A stretch of 63,786 nt of DNA, the filler included, from Atractiella rhizophila (lineage: Eukaryota): the NCBI GenBank assembly GCA_021432655.1. It is 3 parts of 3 records of this genome, joined end to end, with 100 filler letters (N's around TTAATTAATTAA, not from the genome) between each part and the next. Parts side by side here need not be neighbours in the genome. Positions count along the whole stretch, not along the records: positions 1 to 21,432 come from MU271825.1; 2 more parts are not named here. One strand, given 5' to 3'. Both the position numbers and the translations under genes were made by a program. Below the pieces are notes generated by a model. The model had not been told where the DNA came from. It saw only the letters and a program-made list of their open reading frames with translations, and made no database searches. Below, piece by piece: positions 1 through 11,966 of this stretch (its first letter is position 1; each line of letters begins with the position of its first letter).

Positions 1-178
1 TGTCAGGAGGATTGAGAACTCCTAAAGACCATCGAGGTATCTGAGGCTGATATCCATCTTCCTTTTGCGTGGGAGAGGAGGAGGGAGTCTTTCTCTGGAA
101 TAGTGACGAACGCTTCTTGGGAGAAACAGCTGCAGTTTCAGGTGGAGAAGCAGCTTGCCCCGAGTCTTGAGGAGACAT
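1..178 (-). CDS. 5' end of a gene running off the window, possibly a fungal MFS transporter (HOL1-like N-terminus)
   Basis: Open frame from ATG at 178: MSPQDSGQAASPPETAAVSPKKRSSLFQRKTPSSSPTQKEDGYQPQIPRWSLGVLNPPD. The 'RWSLGVLN' motif resembles N-termini of this fungal MFS subfamily (recalled, not searched). Confidence 0.45.
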   Translation of the reverse strand, partial: MSPQDSGQAASPPETAAVSPKKRSSLFQRKTPSSSPTQKEDGYQPQIPRWSLGVLNPPD

Positions 179-1125
179 TTCTAATTCTGATACGTCGAGA
201 CGAATACGTAGCGATCGTTCTCACACAGTGTTGCGATTTCGTGAATGATAACAGTCCTGGCTTAAAGATCCAAGTTAGCAGATCGCAGCCATAGATGTAT
301 TTTGCGTTCGGATAGCGCATCATAGGTGTGCTGTAACAAAGGTCATGACACCAAGATTACCGTGTCATTTTCGATCTGAGCAAGAAAAAGGTTTTGATGC
401 GTGATCTGTGCCATCGATATGCAGCTCTATCACAGTTTGCTTGACGTTGCCTCTCAAGCTCTCAAGGCGCCACACCACAGTGGAACCCATAGAAGACAGA
501 AATACACACCCAAATATATATGCCAATAACAATGTTCCAGCTCTACCAAGGTATCTTCAATGGCCCTTTGTTGGAGCGACCTGTTTAGGCTGGTGCAGGT
601 AAGGTGGAACTAGGTATAAGTGGGATGGGAGGGGTCGTTATTATATCGTTCTCTAGTAATCGAATGACACCGTCAGACCCAGAGAAGCCACTTGAGACCG
701 TTGCTGGACCTGAGAAGCCCCTGAGAACCTCTGAACAGATCCCGATCACTGGCTAACACGACGCTAATAATGGGATGCAGAATTCCGACCGCCCTGTAAC
801 TCCCGGAATGCTGAATGCTGATGTGGTCAGTTGGCTGAGGATGGAGGATGCATGTTTACAGTACTATCTAGCAGTGAGGTAGATTGTCATGAACAATCCT
901 AGTTATTTTGGACTTTCATTTTTGCAAGCTCGAGGTGACGGAGGGATTGATGCACGGAGTTGTAATTATATCCAGTAAATAGACGTCGCACTGGAGAACG
1001 GGTTTCATTATGGCAATCAGCGATTTTTCATTCCAGAGCTATGAGCGTAGGGGCTAAAAACGTAATGAGTAACAATCTGTAAGGTCGGGGTAGGGTGGAA
1101 AACACACTATGCACTCAAATCTATT

Positions 1126-2820
1126 TCAACGTAATCGGTCTGAGACCTGTCGAGTTTTGCACCGACTAAAACTCGTTCCCCACCAGCTTCCAGCGTATCC
1201 ACGATGGAGCCTCTCGCTACAAAGAGTCTCAGTCTTTGTTGGGTAAAAAAACAGGTATTCACTTCTTCTGCGTCGTTGCTCTAACCAAGTAGCAACAACA
1301 CCAATGCCTATGGTCCATAGCACCGAGAATGTGCTGAAGGTACCTGTAACCTATTGTTCGTGATGTGATAGGTAAGCTGACAAGCTAGCTTACCGATGAA
1401 GACGCTAGAAATAAAGGTTCCCGTTGGTTTTCTTCGGAAGATAGGACAGAGATAGTTGTGAAAGATGACAGCAGGGTACACTTTCTGTGATAGCGGTAAC
1501 TCAATAGACCCCTTGATTCCAGCTAGAGATCTCTCGTCAAGTTGAGCAATAATAGAGTGGCAACTTACAACTGACGGCCTGCAAGAAATTTTCCACCCAG
1601 GTTGTTGGGCTTATCCCAAGTCTCCAGCTTGGCCTCGACTGTCCAGCTTGCGAAGGATCGACCCTCAATATACTAGTGAAGGCAGTCGCATTTGTAAAGA
1701 TAAGGTCTCTCGTCCCATGCCCCAAATCAAAAAGAGCAGCTTGGTGCAAGGCGTTGAAGTAATTCATAACAGTAACATTGAACGCGTCGAGATAGCCTCC
1801 CATGGTCGCCGAAGGATTTAAGTTGTCATCTGTGAGCTGCTCAGCGCCGAAGAGCTCTCCAGTTCGAACTTCTGCAGAACCCACAAGACGAAGCGAGGAA
1901 GCCGTTTCGTTGCATGCAATTCCAGATAAAAAGCACTCTGGCCAGAAGCGCAAGTGGATTTTCTGCAGCCCCGTCCTTGCGGCAGCGTCAAAGCTAGAAG
2001 AGATGGCCCCGAGGAAATCAAAAGAGAGACCGTCGAGGACAAAGAGGATCTGGGTACGAGCTGGTGTCCCACGGTTATCTCGAAAGACAATGAGAGAATC
2101 TTCGGACTGGTCATCGATCAAGACCCAGTTTGACGTTGCGGCTATCCAGAACGGGAAAGGATGTGTGCAGTGCATTTGAAGCTGGTTACATGAAAATGGA
2201 TGAGCAACTGCACCTTCTTCACGATGGTCCTACCTTAGTATCGATCCGCTGTTGATTAAGGTCGATTGATCCATAAACCTCCGAAATGTAACAGTCATTT
2301 CCCAAAGGGTTGTTGCCATAGACAGCAGAACTGGCATCGGGACTGGTGTTATCCGTTAAAGCTTCAAGGATGCTCCAAGTGAAGACACTTTGGTTCGTTC
2401 GAAAAGAGTCTCCGGTCTCTGTCTCCATCAGCCTCCTTGTCACAGTAGTAAAGAAGCAAAGACACACGTAAGCTGTAAAGATCACAATTCCCTGCAGTCC
2501 TGCCAAAAACTCTGCCATCTCCCCACCAGTAGGACTCTCGATCATCCGTCACATTGGGATCAATTTTGTTGATTGAAACGGATTCGTATCCTGTTGTCCT
2601 TGTCAGTCAGCCCTATCACTCATCCCATTTGTACCTTGAAGGATAACTATAACGTAACAGTTAAGCCTTTTCATAACGAAGGAATGATGAACGAACCGTT
2701 GGTCAGCGCAATGCCAACGAGTGAGGTGATAGCAAGAATAACAACGACCGGCGTGAAATAAGGAAGCGTAAATGGCTCCGTCTTTGTCCAACCAAACTGA
2801 TAGGTGGGGATGTATTTTCT
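1126..2820 (-). CDS. Multi-exon basidiomycete hypothetical membrane protein (N- and C-terminal TM helices, luminal domain); ends approximate
   Basis: Exons read ...TEPFTLPYFTPVVVILAITSLVGIALTN|VILQG|YESVSINKIDPNVT...GDSFRTNQSVFTWSI... and end near FSTFSVLWTIGIGVVATW. Covers the 2219-2545 and 1537-2175 ORFs, separated by GT-AG introns. Confidence 0.6.
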
Positions 2821-3646
2821 CATCCTACAAGCAGAATAATTGTCAAGTTATACAAACTGAAAAGCGAATTCGTTCTCTTGAGGCTCTCAAGACCATCAAC
2901 CGATCTACGGCTATGTTCCCTTGCAAGCTCAATGCCACCGCCAAGACCCACAACTTGACGCGAAAGCTCTCTCAGAGTGACAAAAGTGGTTCAGGGCTGA
3001 ACTGGATTTGCGAGGGAGAAACCATATATTGTAACGGAGCTCCGCCCTTGGCGGCGTACGGTGGCCGCAAATCAGAGCAGGTACAAAGGAGGTCGCGGTC
3101 CGCCACTATCTGTTCATCGCAGAGACGCGCATAATCCAAGCTCAAACTCGAATTTAGAGCCTGGACCCAGCCTGGACAGTTTTGAATCTCCATTTTGGCG
3201 GGACCATCCTGTGAACTCCGCGTTAGGTTTTGAGCTGTGAGTACGTCGACAAGCTTCATAGCATGTCGCAATTTCATCAATAGTCAAGGATCAAGCTCAG
3301 TACATCCACGCTTGGCATATTTGTGTCGGTGAAGAGGAAGGAAGCACGCCAGAGAACAAACGTTCACAGCGTTCACCTTTGGCGCTTGTTGTTCCCCGTC
3401 TCTCCTGGTCCCGGCCCTAAATCCCTTTCGGAATTGGAGCTTTCATGCTCAACGCAAACGCACACGCAACCTCGAAAAGCAACATACAACAGACGTTTGG
3501 AAAGTGAAGAGAAATGGAAGGTGGAACAGTCATGTGACACACCTGTCTGGGAACCCTGACCCTAAATCTCGCTCTTTTTCTTTCCTGCTGGAGCCTGCTC
3601 CATCCATTTCTCATCTTTCCGCCAGCCAACTCCTCGAGCGATCGCC

Positions 3647-5347
3647 ATGTCTCCTACAGCCTTCTCTCTCAAAGGGCTTGGCCTCAAATTTGACAATGGT
3701 GCTTCAATCGCACCGCAACTTGCGAAATTGAAAGAGATCAAGGATACTGTTGAAGATGTCGATCTCAGTGGCAACACCTATGGGATTGTAGCGTGTGAGG
3801 ATATTGGGAAGGCTTTGTCGGAGTGTAAAAATCTCAAAGTGAGTTTTGCGTGGATATTAAAAGGTACAGGCTAGTGTAGGAGCTGTTGGTTGTCTGAACT
3901 TTTCGCGCTTGTGGCTCGCTGATTGCTAGTCGCCCACATTCCCTTTCAGGCCATAGCTCCCAAAATTTACAGCGATGGTTGATGTGCTACTTCTCGGTTA
4001 TGTTCCATGCGCTTCATTCAGATAACAAGCATCAAATCGCTTTCACAGTGCATTGCCCTCGTGCGTTTGCCTGATTACAGTCAGAGTCAGTAAGGGCAAG
4101 GAAAATAGCCCCTTTGCTGCCATGTACTGTGTCCATCTTTTACACTAGGCGGGAGAACTTATCATGGAAATTCGCGCCCGTTCCGCTTGCAACTGCGACT
4201 TTCTGATCCATGACTGACCAATTCCTACCTAGAAAGCGCAATTTGACGACATCTTTACCTCGCGTTTAATCACAGAAATTCCTTCCGCTCTTTCCTCGTT
4301 ATGCGATTCCCTCCTACCTCTTTCCTACCTCACATCCGTCAATTTATCCGACAACGCGTTCGGTGGCCGCGTCGCCTCTCCAATGGTTCCCTTCCTGTCG
4401 TCGCATCTCCCACTTGAAGAGCTCATTCTTTCGAATAACGGCCTTGGACCCGAAGGTGGAGCCGTCGTTGCTGACGCCTTGACAGAACTTGGACGAAAAT
4501 CGGCTCGCAATGGAGGGAGTCGATTGCGCCGGCTCGTGTGCGGAAGGAATCGATTGGGGATCGAATTGAAGGAGAAGGGTCTAGTAGAAGGAAGCAGCGA
4601 GAAGTGGGCGGAGGTATATAAGGTGCATCCCAACCTCAAAGAGGTCAGAATGTATCAGGACGACATTCGGATGCCAGGAATCATCATGATTCTGAAGGGT
4701 TTGAAGAATTGTCACAAACTAGAACTCATAGACTTCGAGGACAACACGTTTTCGGCTTATGGTCCACCTAAATCGATCAAAGGCGTCAAGACCGTCGCTG
4801 CATATCTAAAACATTGGCCGAACCTTAAGGAACTCTGCCTTTCCCAGTGTCTCCTGACCACTCCAGGTGGACTAGTCCTCACAGCCGCTCTTTTGGAAGG
4901 CAAGAATCTTCAACTCACGTCCCTCAAGTTGCAAGGGAACGAGCTTTCCGAATCCGTAGCCTCCAAACTTGTACAATATCTCAAAAATCCTGTGGGCAGC
5001 AAAGTGATGAAGGTGGAGTTCAACGATAATCGGTGTCGAGATATGGAAGATGTCGAGAATGGAGTAGGTGTTTGGGGCGAGCTTAAGGAAGTAATGGAAG
5101 ACAGGGATGGAGAGTTGGACGAACTCGAAGAGATGGAGGAATTCGATGAAGAGGCAGAAGAAGAAGAGGAGTTGGCTGACGGTACGTCCCTAACAGTCGG
5201 TGGAAGAAGTAATTGAAGCTTATCGGGATTTTAGATGATGTGTCCGAGGAGGAGGAGGAGGCAAAGGAAGTTAAGACTACACAGTCCGATAAAGAGGTGG
5301 ACGAGCTTGCGGAGTTGGTAGGGAAGATTGGTATTACTGGATTGTAA
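3647..5347 (+). CDS. RNA1: Ran GTPase-activating protein (RanGAP/Rna1), leucine-rich repeats plus acidic tail
   Basis: Exons 3647-3838, 4233-5181, 5235-5347. Motifs VDLSGNTYG, DIFTSRLITEIP, NLSDNAFGGR, LSNNGLGPEGG, CGRNRL; E/D-rich C-terminus. Confidence 0.93.
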
Positions 5348-5649
5348 GCTTAGATTGTCTTCTACATAAAGGAGAGGATTGTATAGATAGGAAGTCAATG
5401 AAGTCAATCGCCATCACTTCGGCTGCCACAACATCTCGATTGTCAAAACGTCGTGAATAAGCGCACCAGAAGGCATTTCATAGGCTATGAAAACTTCTGT
5501 GTGTAAAATTGTTCCTCCAGGTCTTCATCCCCTTCAACCGAGGACGGTCAAAGATAAGAGTTGCTGCGCTGAACAAAGCTAAAGTTTAAGAAATCAACAA
5601 GGTTATTAGGGTCGAGATTATCTCTTTGTTCGCACTTTCCCCTACAATC

Positions 5650-6860
5650 ATGGCAGCACCAAACACCCTCACGAGTTCTACCAAACGCAAATCCTCAAAG
5701 AAGATGGGTCATGCCATTCTGAGACAACTGCCGCCTTGCATTCGTCAAACGCTCCTCGCTCTTCATCACCTTTCTTTGGTGGGAACTGTGAGGGATAACT
5801 GCAGTGGGCCGTTTTAGTCATGGCGATACAGCTAAGAGAGGCGAAAGATGCACGGAAGATCCTTGATTCGAGCGCTGCTAGTCTTTTGGACTTCATTCGA
5901 CCCCACCCAGCACCATTCCTTGCTTCTTACGCCAAGTGCCCTGCAACGACATATTCTCCTGAGCATTTCTTCTAGCTTGTGCAGCATTCAGCAAGGCAGG
6001 GGCGTCATTGGAGTTGACCTCGTACACTTCTACAGCGGCGAGCTATATGTTGGAGTTCAATAGTGTATGTTTTTACTGCTACAAATGCAATCATTCTGAT
6101 TAATGGTCAAGCATGGTTGGTACGTTCAATCTCTCGCCGATTCCTGTCTCACAAATTCTTTGAAGCAGCACCCATTCAAACGGACAAAACTTCCCTCGCC
6201 GGAGCCTTCAACCTTTACCTCTTACAATTTACGGCAGAAATGCAAATTTCTAGAAAACGACGCTGTGCGCGATTGCTGATAAAATTCCACCATGTTGACC
6301 TCTGTTAGCTCAACGCCGAAAGAGAAGTGTTCCAGCAGCCGTGGCAATGGAGCCGACGGCGCTCTACCGAACCCAGATGTACTACCTCCTCTGTTCGTCG
6401 AACTACAACAAATTCCACGACATTTGGAACCATTAATGAAGGTCGAACTCCAACGGCTTAATCGGAAAGCCCTGGCATCAGTAGCGTCAGCATGGAGCAT
6501 GGACCTCTTCAGGTCGGCCACGTCCTTCCATTTCCCCTTACCTCAACGTTGCTCTCCCTCATTTCTTACTGCATCCCGACTACTTTCATGCAGCATGGAA
6601 GGGAAGCGAATCACAAATTATTTGTCAGCCATGCACGCGCTGCAGTTGCCGGGATGTTCAGCATGTGTTGGGCGCTCTTGCTGCGTTTGTTTCTCTAGTT
6701 AGTCATTAGTTGCTGTCGAGCTCAAACGTTGAGACTGTCGGGAATACTACAGATGGAAGGCGCTTCATCCCCATAGCAAGCTTCCGGAAGAGAATAGGTC
6801 TATTCTAACAACACTAGTAGAGGTAGACGAAGAAACTGAGATGGAGTCAGCTTCAAGATA
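5650..6860 (+). pseudogene. Degenerate copy of the 8567-10296 gene
   Basis: Collinear similarity (MAAPNT../MAASNT.., LPPCIRQTLL, LPNPD, VE.QRL.RKALAS, ARAAVAGMFSM.WAL). Two internal deletions relative to the other copy, and TAA where the paralog has GAG just before LQWA. Confidence 0.7.
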
Positions 6861-6994
6861 TATCCGCAGCGATCAGGAAGTTTTCATTTCACTTGTAGGA
6901 GTGTAGGAGTCAGGGTCTTCGATACCATGTGTCCCAAAATTCATTTACTTCTTCCATCTTCCATGTAATGATTGCATACATCATGAAACTAAGG

Positions 6995-7250
6995 CACTGA
7001 TGTTGGTATGTTGGTACAACAGAACACACACTGATGTTGATACAAAAGAAGCACACGAATGTTGATACAAAACACTGATGTTGATACAAAGTACTGATGT
7101 TGATACAAAAGAAACACACGGATGTTGATACAAAATACTGGGGTTGATACAAACACTGATGTTGACACAAAACACTGTTGTTGACACAAAACACTGACGT
7201 TGACACAAAACACTGATGTTGATACAAAGCACTGATATTGATACAAAAGG
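6995..7250. repeat. Minisatellite, about 12 imperfect copies of an 18-25 bp unit (consensus ACTGATGTTGATACAAAAC)
   Basis: Directly visible tandem units such as acactgatgttgatacaaa and acactgttgttgacacaaa. Confidence 0.95.
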
Positions 7251-7348
7251 AGCACAATTTGGTCACGAAACTGAACTACACCTCCCATTTCCTTTCATTT
7301 AGAATGAATCGAGAACAGATGCGACAAGCTCGCGCTCGACAATAATCC

Positions 7349-7921
7349 TTACATCACGATACAACAGCAGGAGCCACCGCCATGCTACCTGAGTAAACGA
7401 CTGCACGCCACGATGAGTGAAAGTATGCTTACCTGCCCATCATCGGCACCGCCCTGAGTTGCAGCCATCGGTGGAGGGTATATGTGGCGACTCACACTCT
7501 GAGCTCCTCCCCCTCCACTTCTATGAAACAGTCATCATATGCACAGCCAGGAAAAAGAGATGGCATACTGGTTCGAAGAATGGTAAGAGTTGGATGGGGT
7601 GAAGGAGGAGCCGGACGCCGAACTATTTGTGGTCAAATTGATAACAGAGAAATGAGAAAGATTACTTACGCTCTAGCATGCGAGGACGATCGAGCCGAAT
7701 AATCCGAATTCGACGCTATAGAAGATCGACCTGGGCTGGACAAACCAGAAAGGCTCGTCCGGTTAGATCCCTGGCCCGACAGATAGGAACCTTGATAAGA
7801 CCCTGGATAGGATCCACGGTTGGATCCCTGATTAGATCCTTGGTATGAGCTGAAGCAACATTAATGCTCGTTTTTGGAAGCGAAGCATGGCATACCTCCT
7901 ATATTCTTGATGGTAAGCCAT
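7349..7921 (-). CDS. 113-aa S/G/Q/N/Y-rich low-complexity protein ending in a CAAX box (…GGGSCCCIVM*)
   Basis: Six exons (7921-7896, 7849-7670, 7622-7569, 7520-7496, 7453-7433, 7384-7349) joined by five 42-48 nt GT-AG introns sum to 342 nt in one frame. TATAAA lies about 60 nt upstream. Confidence 0.85.
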
Positions 7922-7978
7922 GCTAGATGTCGCCACAGTCTTTCTTGGAAAGGAACGAGGAAAGAGACGCACTGCTCC

Positions 7979-7984
7979 TTTATA
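7979..7984 (-). promoter_or_regulatory. Candidate TATA box for the CAAX gene
   Basis: tttata on + is TATAAA on -, about 60 nt upstream of the ATG at 7921. Confidence 0.5.
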
Positions 7985-8566
7985 GTCGCAACAAGGGAGG
8001 GAGTTAATAAAAAGTTTATCAGTACATTTGTCTTTACATTCACGTCACGAACGCAAACATCGTCGGAGATTTTGTGACTGGCACCAAGGTCACTGCAGCA
8101 AGATGTTCCCAGTTTGCATATGACTGAATGAGCAGACCGACCAAACGTGGACGGTGCTATTCTGGTTTGGATATGTTATACACTCTGCAAACAAAATTTG
8201 GGAGAAATCAACTTCCAGTTCAACTGAACGTAGATCCCACATCCACGTCAAGGTAATTCACCCATCACATTTATCTCTTCAAATACGAGCTTTGTGAGTG
8301 GCGGACTGGGAGAGAAATTTCGCAAGAGATTCTTGCAGCAATTGATCACAGAAATGGCACGAAAGTAGCAAAAGATCAGGTATCTGTGACTGAAGCGTCG
8401 AATCAGATACAAATCGTAACACCAAGTCATTTCGGTGCAGCACCTGCTGCGCAAACACAACGGAAGCCAAAGTTTAAATCATTCAATTACCGTTCAAGTT
8501 TAGGGTTAACAACATGACCGCCAGTGGTTTGTTGCCACCCGTCAGCCATCACAGGCATCACTACCC

Positions 8567-10296
8567 ATGGCAGCGTCGAACACCGTTGGGAGTTCGATTA
8601 AACACACGTCGCCGAAGAAGATAGGGGATGTCATTCTACAGCAACTGCCGCCATGTATTCGCCAAACGCTCCTCACTCTTCACCCAAACCGAATAGAACG
8701 GCATTTTGCAAGTCTTCTACCCATGGCCACAGCGTCTCCTCTGCCTCCACCATCCAATGCAGGATACGAGCGCTTGTCGAGATATCGCTCGCTTCTGCGA
8801 TCCACTGAGCGTCTCGCGGTAAAAAAGGCGGCTGAAGGCGTCAATCCATCAAACACTGACGTTACTTTGGATGAGGAGATTAGAAGTTTGAGAGGAGAGC
8901 TTCAATGGGCCATCCTCGTCATGGTGAAGCAGTTAAAAGATGCGAAACAAGCGCGGAAGGTCCTGAACTCGTACGTCCATAGCACTCCATCTGTCGAAGT
9001 TAACTCGTACTCGATCCTAGCACCATTCCCTGTTTCAGAACTCCAATACCTCACAACGATATATTCTCCAGGGCATTTCTTTTAGCTTGTGCGGCATTCG
9101 GCAAGTCAGGGACTTCAAGCCAGTTGACTTTGTATACTTCCACAGCGGCGAGTTATATGTTGGAGTTCGATACTGTATGTTTCTCTCCTATGAGGTGCAA
9201 TAGAATGATTTTGATTCTGATTTGATGGTTAGGCCTGGAAGGTGCGTTCACAGTCTCTCCAATTACATAGGCTTACAGATCTACGAAGGAACCCTCGTTC
9301 AAGCGGACGAAGTTCCACATGCCGCAACCTCCAACCTACTCCTCTAAACTCCCGCAGAAACGGAAACGTTCCCGAAAACGTCCTTGTGCGTGTGCACTAG
9401 TCACAATCCCTCTGTGACAATGACCTCCGTTAGCTCGAAGTCGGAAGCGAACCATTTTGAATACCACTGAGAAATCGGCTGACGAACTACCGAACCCAGA
9501 TGACCTACCTTCTCGCTTCTTCAAGCTGTACAAACTCCCACGGTGCTTGGAACCGTTAAAGAAAGTTGAAGTCCAACGGCTTCACCGAAAAGCTCTGGCA
9601 TCATTAGCATCCGAGTGGACCTCTTCAGGACGGCCACGCCCTTCAATTTCCCCATACCTCGACATTTCTCTCCCAGCAAACTTGGAACCAGCGCGTGTCA
9701 AGCGGTCACGCGATCGTAATCCTTTGACTTTGGTGCGCGGCGTTGACGATCCAGTTTCGAGTGAAGCCTCCAAATCCCTTCCCAGAAGAAAGGCATTGAA
9801 AGGTTGGCTTGACCTCCTGAGGAAACATCGGAACTCGCAGTTGGTGCACTTTTTGCTGGCGACGCCTGTTTGCAAAGAAGCATTGGAGCAATTGACACCC
9901 CTGTGCGTAAGGCGACACCATGTACAAAGCACTGAACTTCAAATAGGAACGACGGTGTGGACTTGCGCGAGAACTCAAGCGAGCGTTCGAGACGATACCT
10001 CGTCGCTTACTGCGTCTTGTCTGCTTTTGTGCAGCATGGCAGGGACGCAGATCACGAAATGTTAGTTCATCATGTGCGCGCGGCTGTCGCCGGGATGTTC
10101 AGCATGCATTGGGCTCTCGTGGTACGTTTGTATTATCATCTTTCACTCATCTGTGAAACTCAGAAGGTTGGGACAGTGTCGAGAATATTTCGCCTGGAAA
10201 AAACTTCATCCAGAAGACATTCTCCCGCTCCCAGCGTCAAGCAAGTCTGTCTTGGCGACACTGACAGAGGTGGATGAAGAAGATGAGATGGACTGA
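8567..10296 (+). CDS. Multi-exon lineage-specific hypothetical protein with basic NLS-like stretch (QKRKRSRKRP) and acidic end
   Basis: ORFs 8567-9085, 9457-10065, 9957-10277 and 10072-10296 can be joined through ~50-nt GT-AG introns. Several intron positions are shared with the 5650 copy. Confidence 0.6.
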
Positions 10297-10665
10297 GCTT
10301 CAAATCTTCACCTTCAACATGTAGGATTAATTAGCATGTTCTTTCTGTTGGCTAGGAGTTGATGCGTTACGGTGCTTTAAGCGGCGTAAATAAAAAATGG
10401 ACAGCATTCATTTATTTCTCCACACGTTGATGCATGCTAGTCATAAAACACGAGTGGTACAACACAAAATTCGAACTGATTCTGGTACAACACAAGCACA
10501 ATCAGAACAAGAAACTGAGCTACACCTCATCTACATTTCCTTTCATTTAGAGAGAATTGAGAAGGGACTGTGCTATAAACAGGGATAAAGGTTGAAAACT
10601 AGACAGAGCGAGGATGGAGCTGTAAACACCGTACGTTCTGTTGAGATCACCTTCCACCATAATGC

Positions 10666-10806
10666 TCACATTACGATGCAATAGCAGCAATCGCCACCAT
10701 GATACGGCCGCACATAAGCGATGAGGCACTGACGACGGATGAGGCGCTCAGCTTGCTTCAAATCTATAGGTAACTTGTGATCACTGTAATTAACATTATG
10801 GTGCAT
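10666..10806 (-). other. 46-aa ORF ending HGGDCCYCIVM*: decayed paralog of the 7349 CAAX gene or a pheromone-like precursor
   Basis: Last 12 codons match the last exon of the 7349 gene (HGGGSCCCIVM*). The homologous acceptor reads gtat instead of gtag. The frame is open from ATG 10806. Confidence 0.45.
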
Positions 10807-11376
10807 TCGAGATATCCAAATATATTGAGATACTACGGTGGCATAAAATCGGCTGAAAGACGATGCTTTGGAGCTTTAACACTCCTTACTACGTGCACAA
10901 ATGTTGGAAACAAAAGGCTGAAACTTCCCAAGTCCCTTCATAAAGCGCACAACCTATATTCCATAGCCTATCTATAGCAAGGCCATCTCAGCAATGTTCC
11001 GGCATTGTACCTGCAAACATGCCAGAGGTACCTACGCATATCACTCAGAGAATGGCAGTATTCGAGCTGGTATAAAGGTAAGCGTGGTACTGCCCGACAT
11101 GGTATCAAAATGGTGAAGAAGCAGATTTGACACGAACATCGTTATGAATAGCGAATGAACTGTGAGGTGTTGTTTCGTCCCTTCTTCCTATTTAGGAGCC
11201 GATAACCTTGATCATTGTTGCTTGCGTACACCGGTTCTCTAGAACTCCACCGGGCTCCTATGTTCCTTTCTATCCCCTGTTCTCTATTCAAACATTCCCC
11301 TCTGACGTGTACCTTCCAAACTTGATATTTGTACCCTGACTCCCCGGAATCTGGAAGTGAAGCTTGGACGAAAGCA

Positions 11377-11966
11377 ATGGCGCCTAACCCGTTTCTAACT
11401 ACCAAAGGGGTGGTTGATGTCGTCGTCGGTGGCATACTGATGTATGATGCGCAGTTGCTATACCATTCAAATCTTATGATGCTAGTAAATCGTATCACTG
11501 GCCTGGTACCTTTTCCTCCAATGTTTACTAGATTATAAAAGTCTCAAATCTGCTTGCTGATTGACATTCACAGCGTCTTTCAAATCCCACCATCGCTCCT
11601 TCTTTCAATGTTGCTCTCGGAGCAATGTCATTTGGAGTTGGTTGTGGTGCGCTAAGAGCAGGAATGAGTAAGACCAGCGAAGCGCAAGCAGTTGTTTGTA
11701 AGTTCCTCTCATCCTGCTTTGCTCTTTACTCCAGTACTCGTAGTCAAAGTTCTATCCTTTTGTGCACAGTCACGCAATACGCCTCTTGGTCGACTCTTTC
11801 TATCCTCGTCTGCCTCTTGTCGCCTGACAAGTATGGGAATGCCTCGATGGCTTTCAGTGCTTTTATCAATGTTTGCTTTCTGGCTGCCAATATTGGATTG
11901 GGTATGTTGAGCTGGCAGAGCTTATTTGGCGTCAGCGATGGAAGGAACGCAAAGAAGGAACAATGA
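11377..11966 (+). CDS. Small multi-pass membrane protein (fungal hypothetical), about 3 exons
   Basis: MAPNPFLTTKGVVDVVVGGILMY...RITGL|RLSNPTIAPSFNVALGAMSFGVG...; several hydrophobic segments; GT-AG introns. Confidence 0.7.

Noticed and set aside
664..756. 30-codon ORF with a PEKPL duplication
   Set aside because: Too short, only two degenerate copies and no supporting gene signals.
4164..4175. GGAAATTCG resembling the RNase P CR-I motif
   Set aside because: It lies near the 3' end of the intron with no room or match for the remaining conserved regions.
6910..7288. Three Cys-rich repetitive minus-strand ORFs
   Set aside because: By-products of the minisatellite; irregular unit lengths cycle the same motifs through all three frames.
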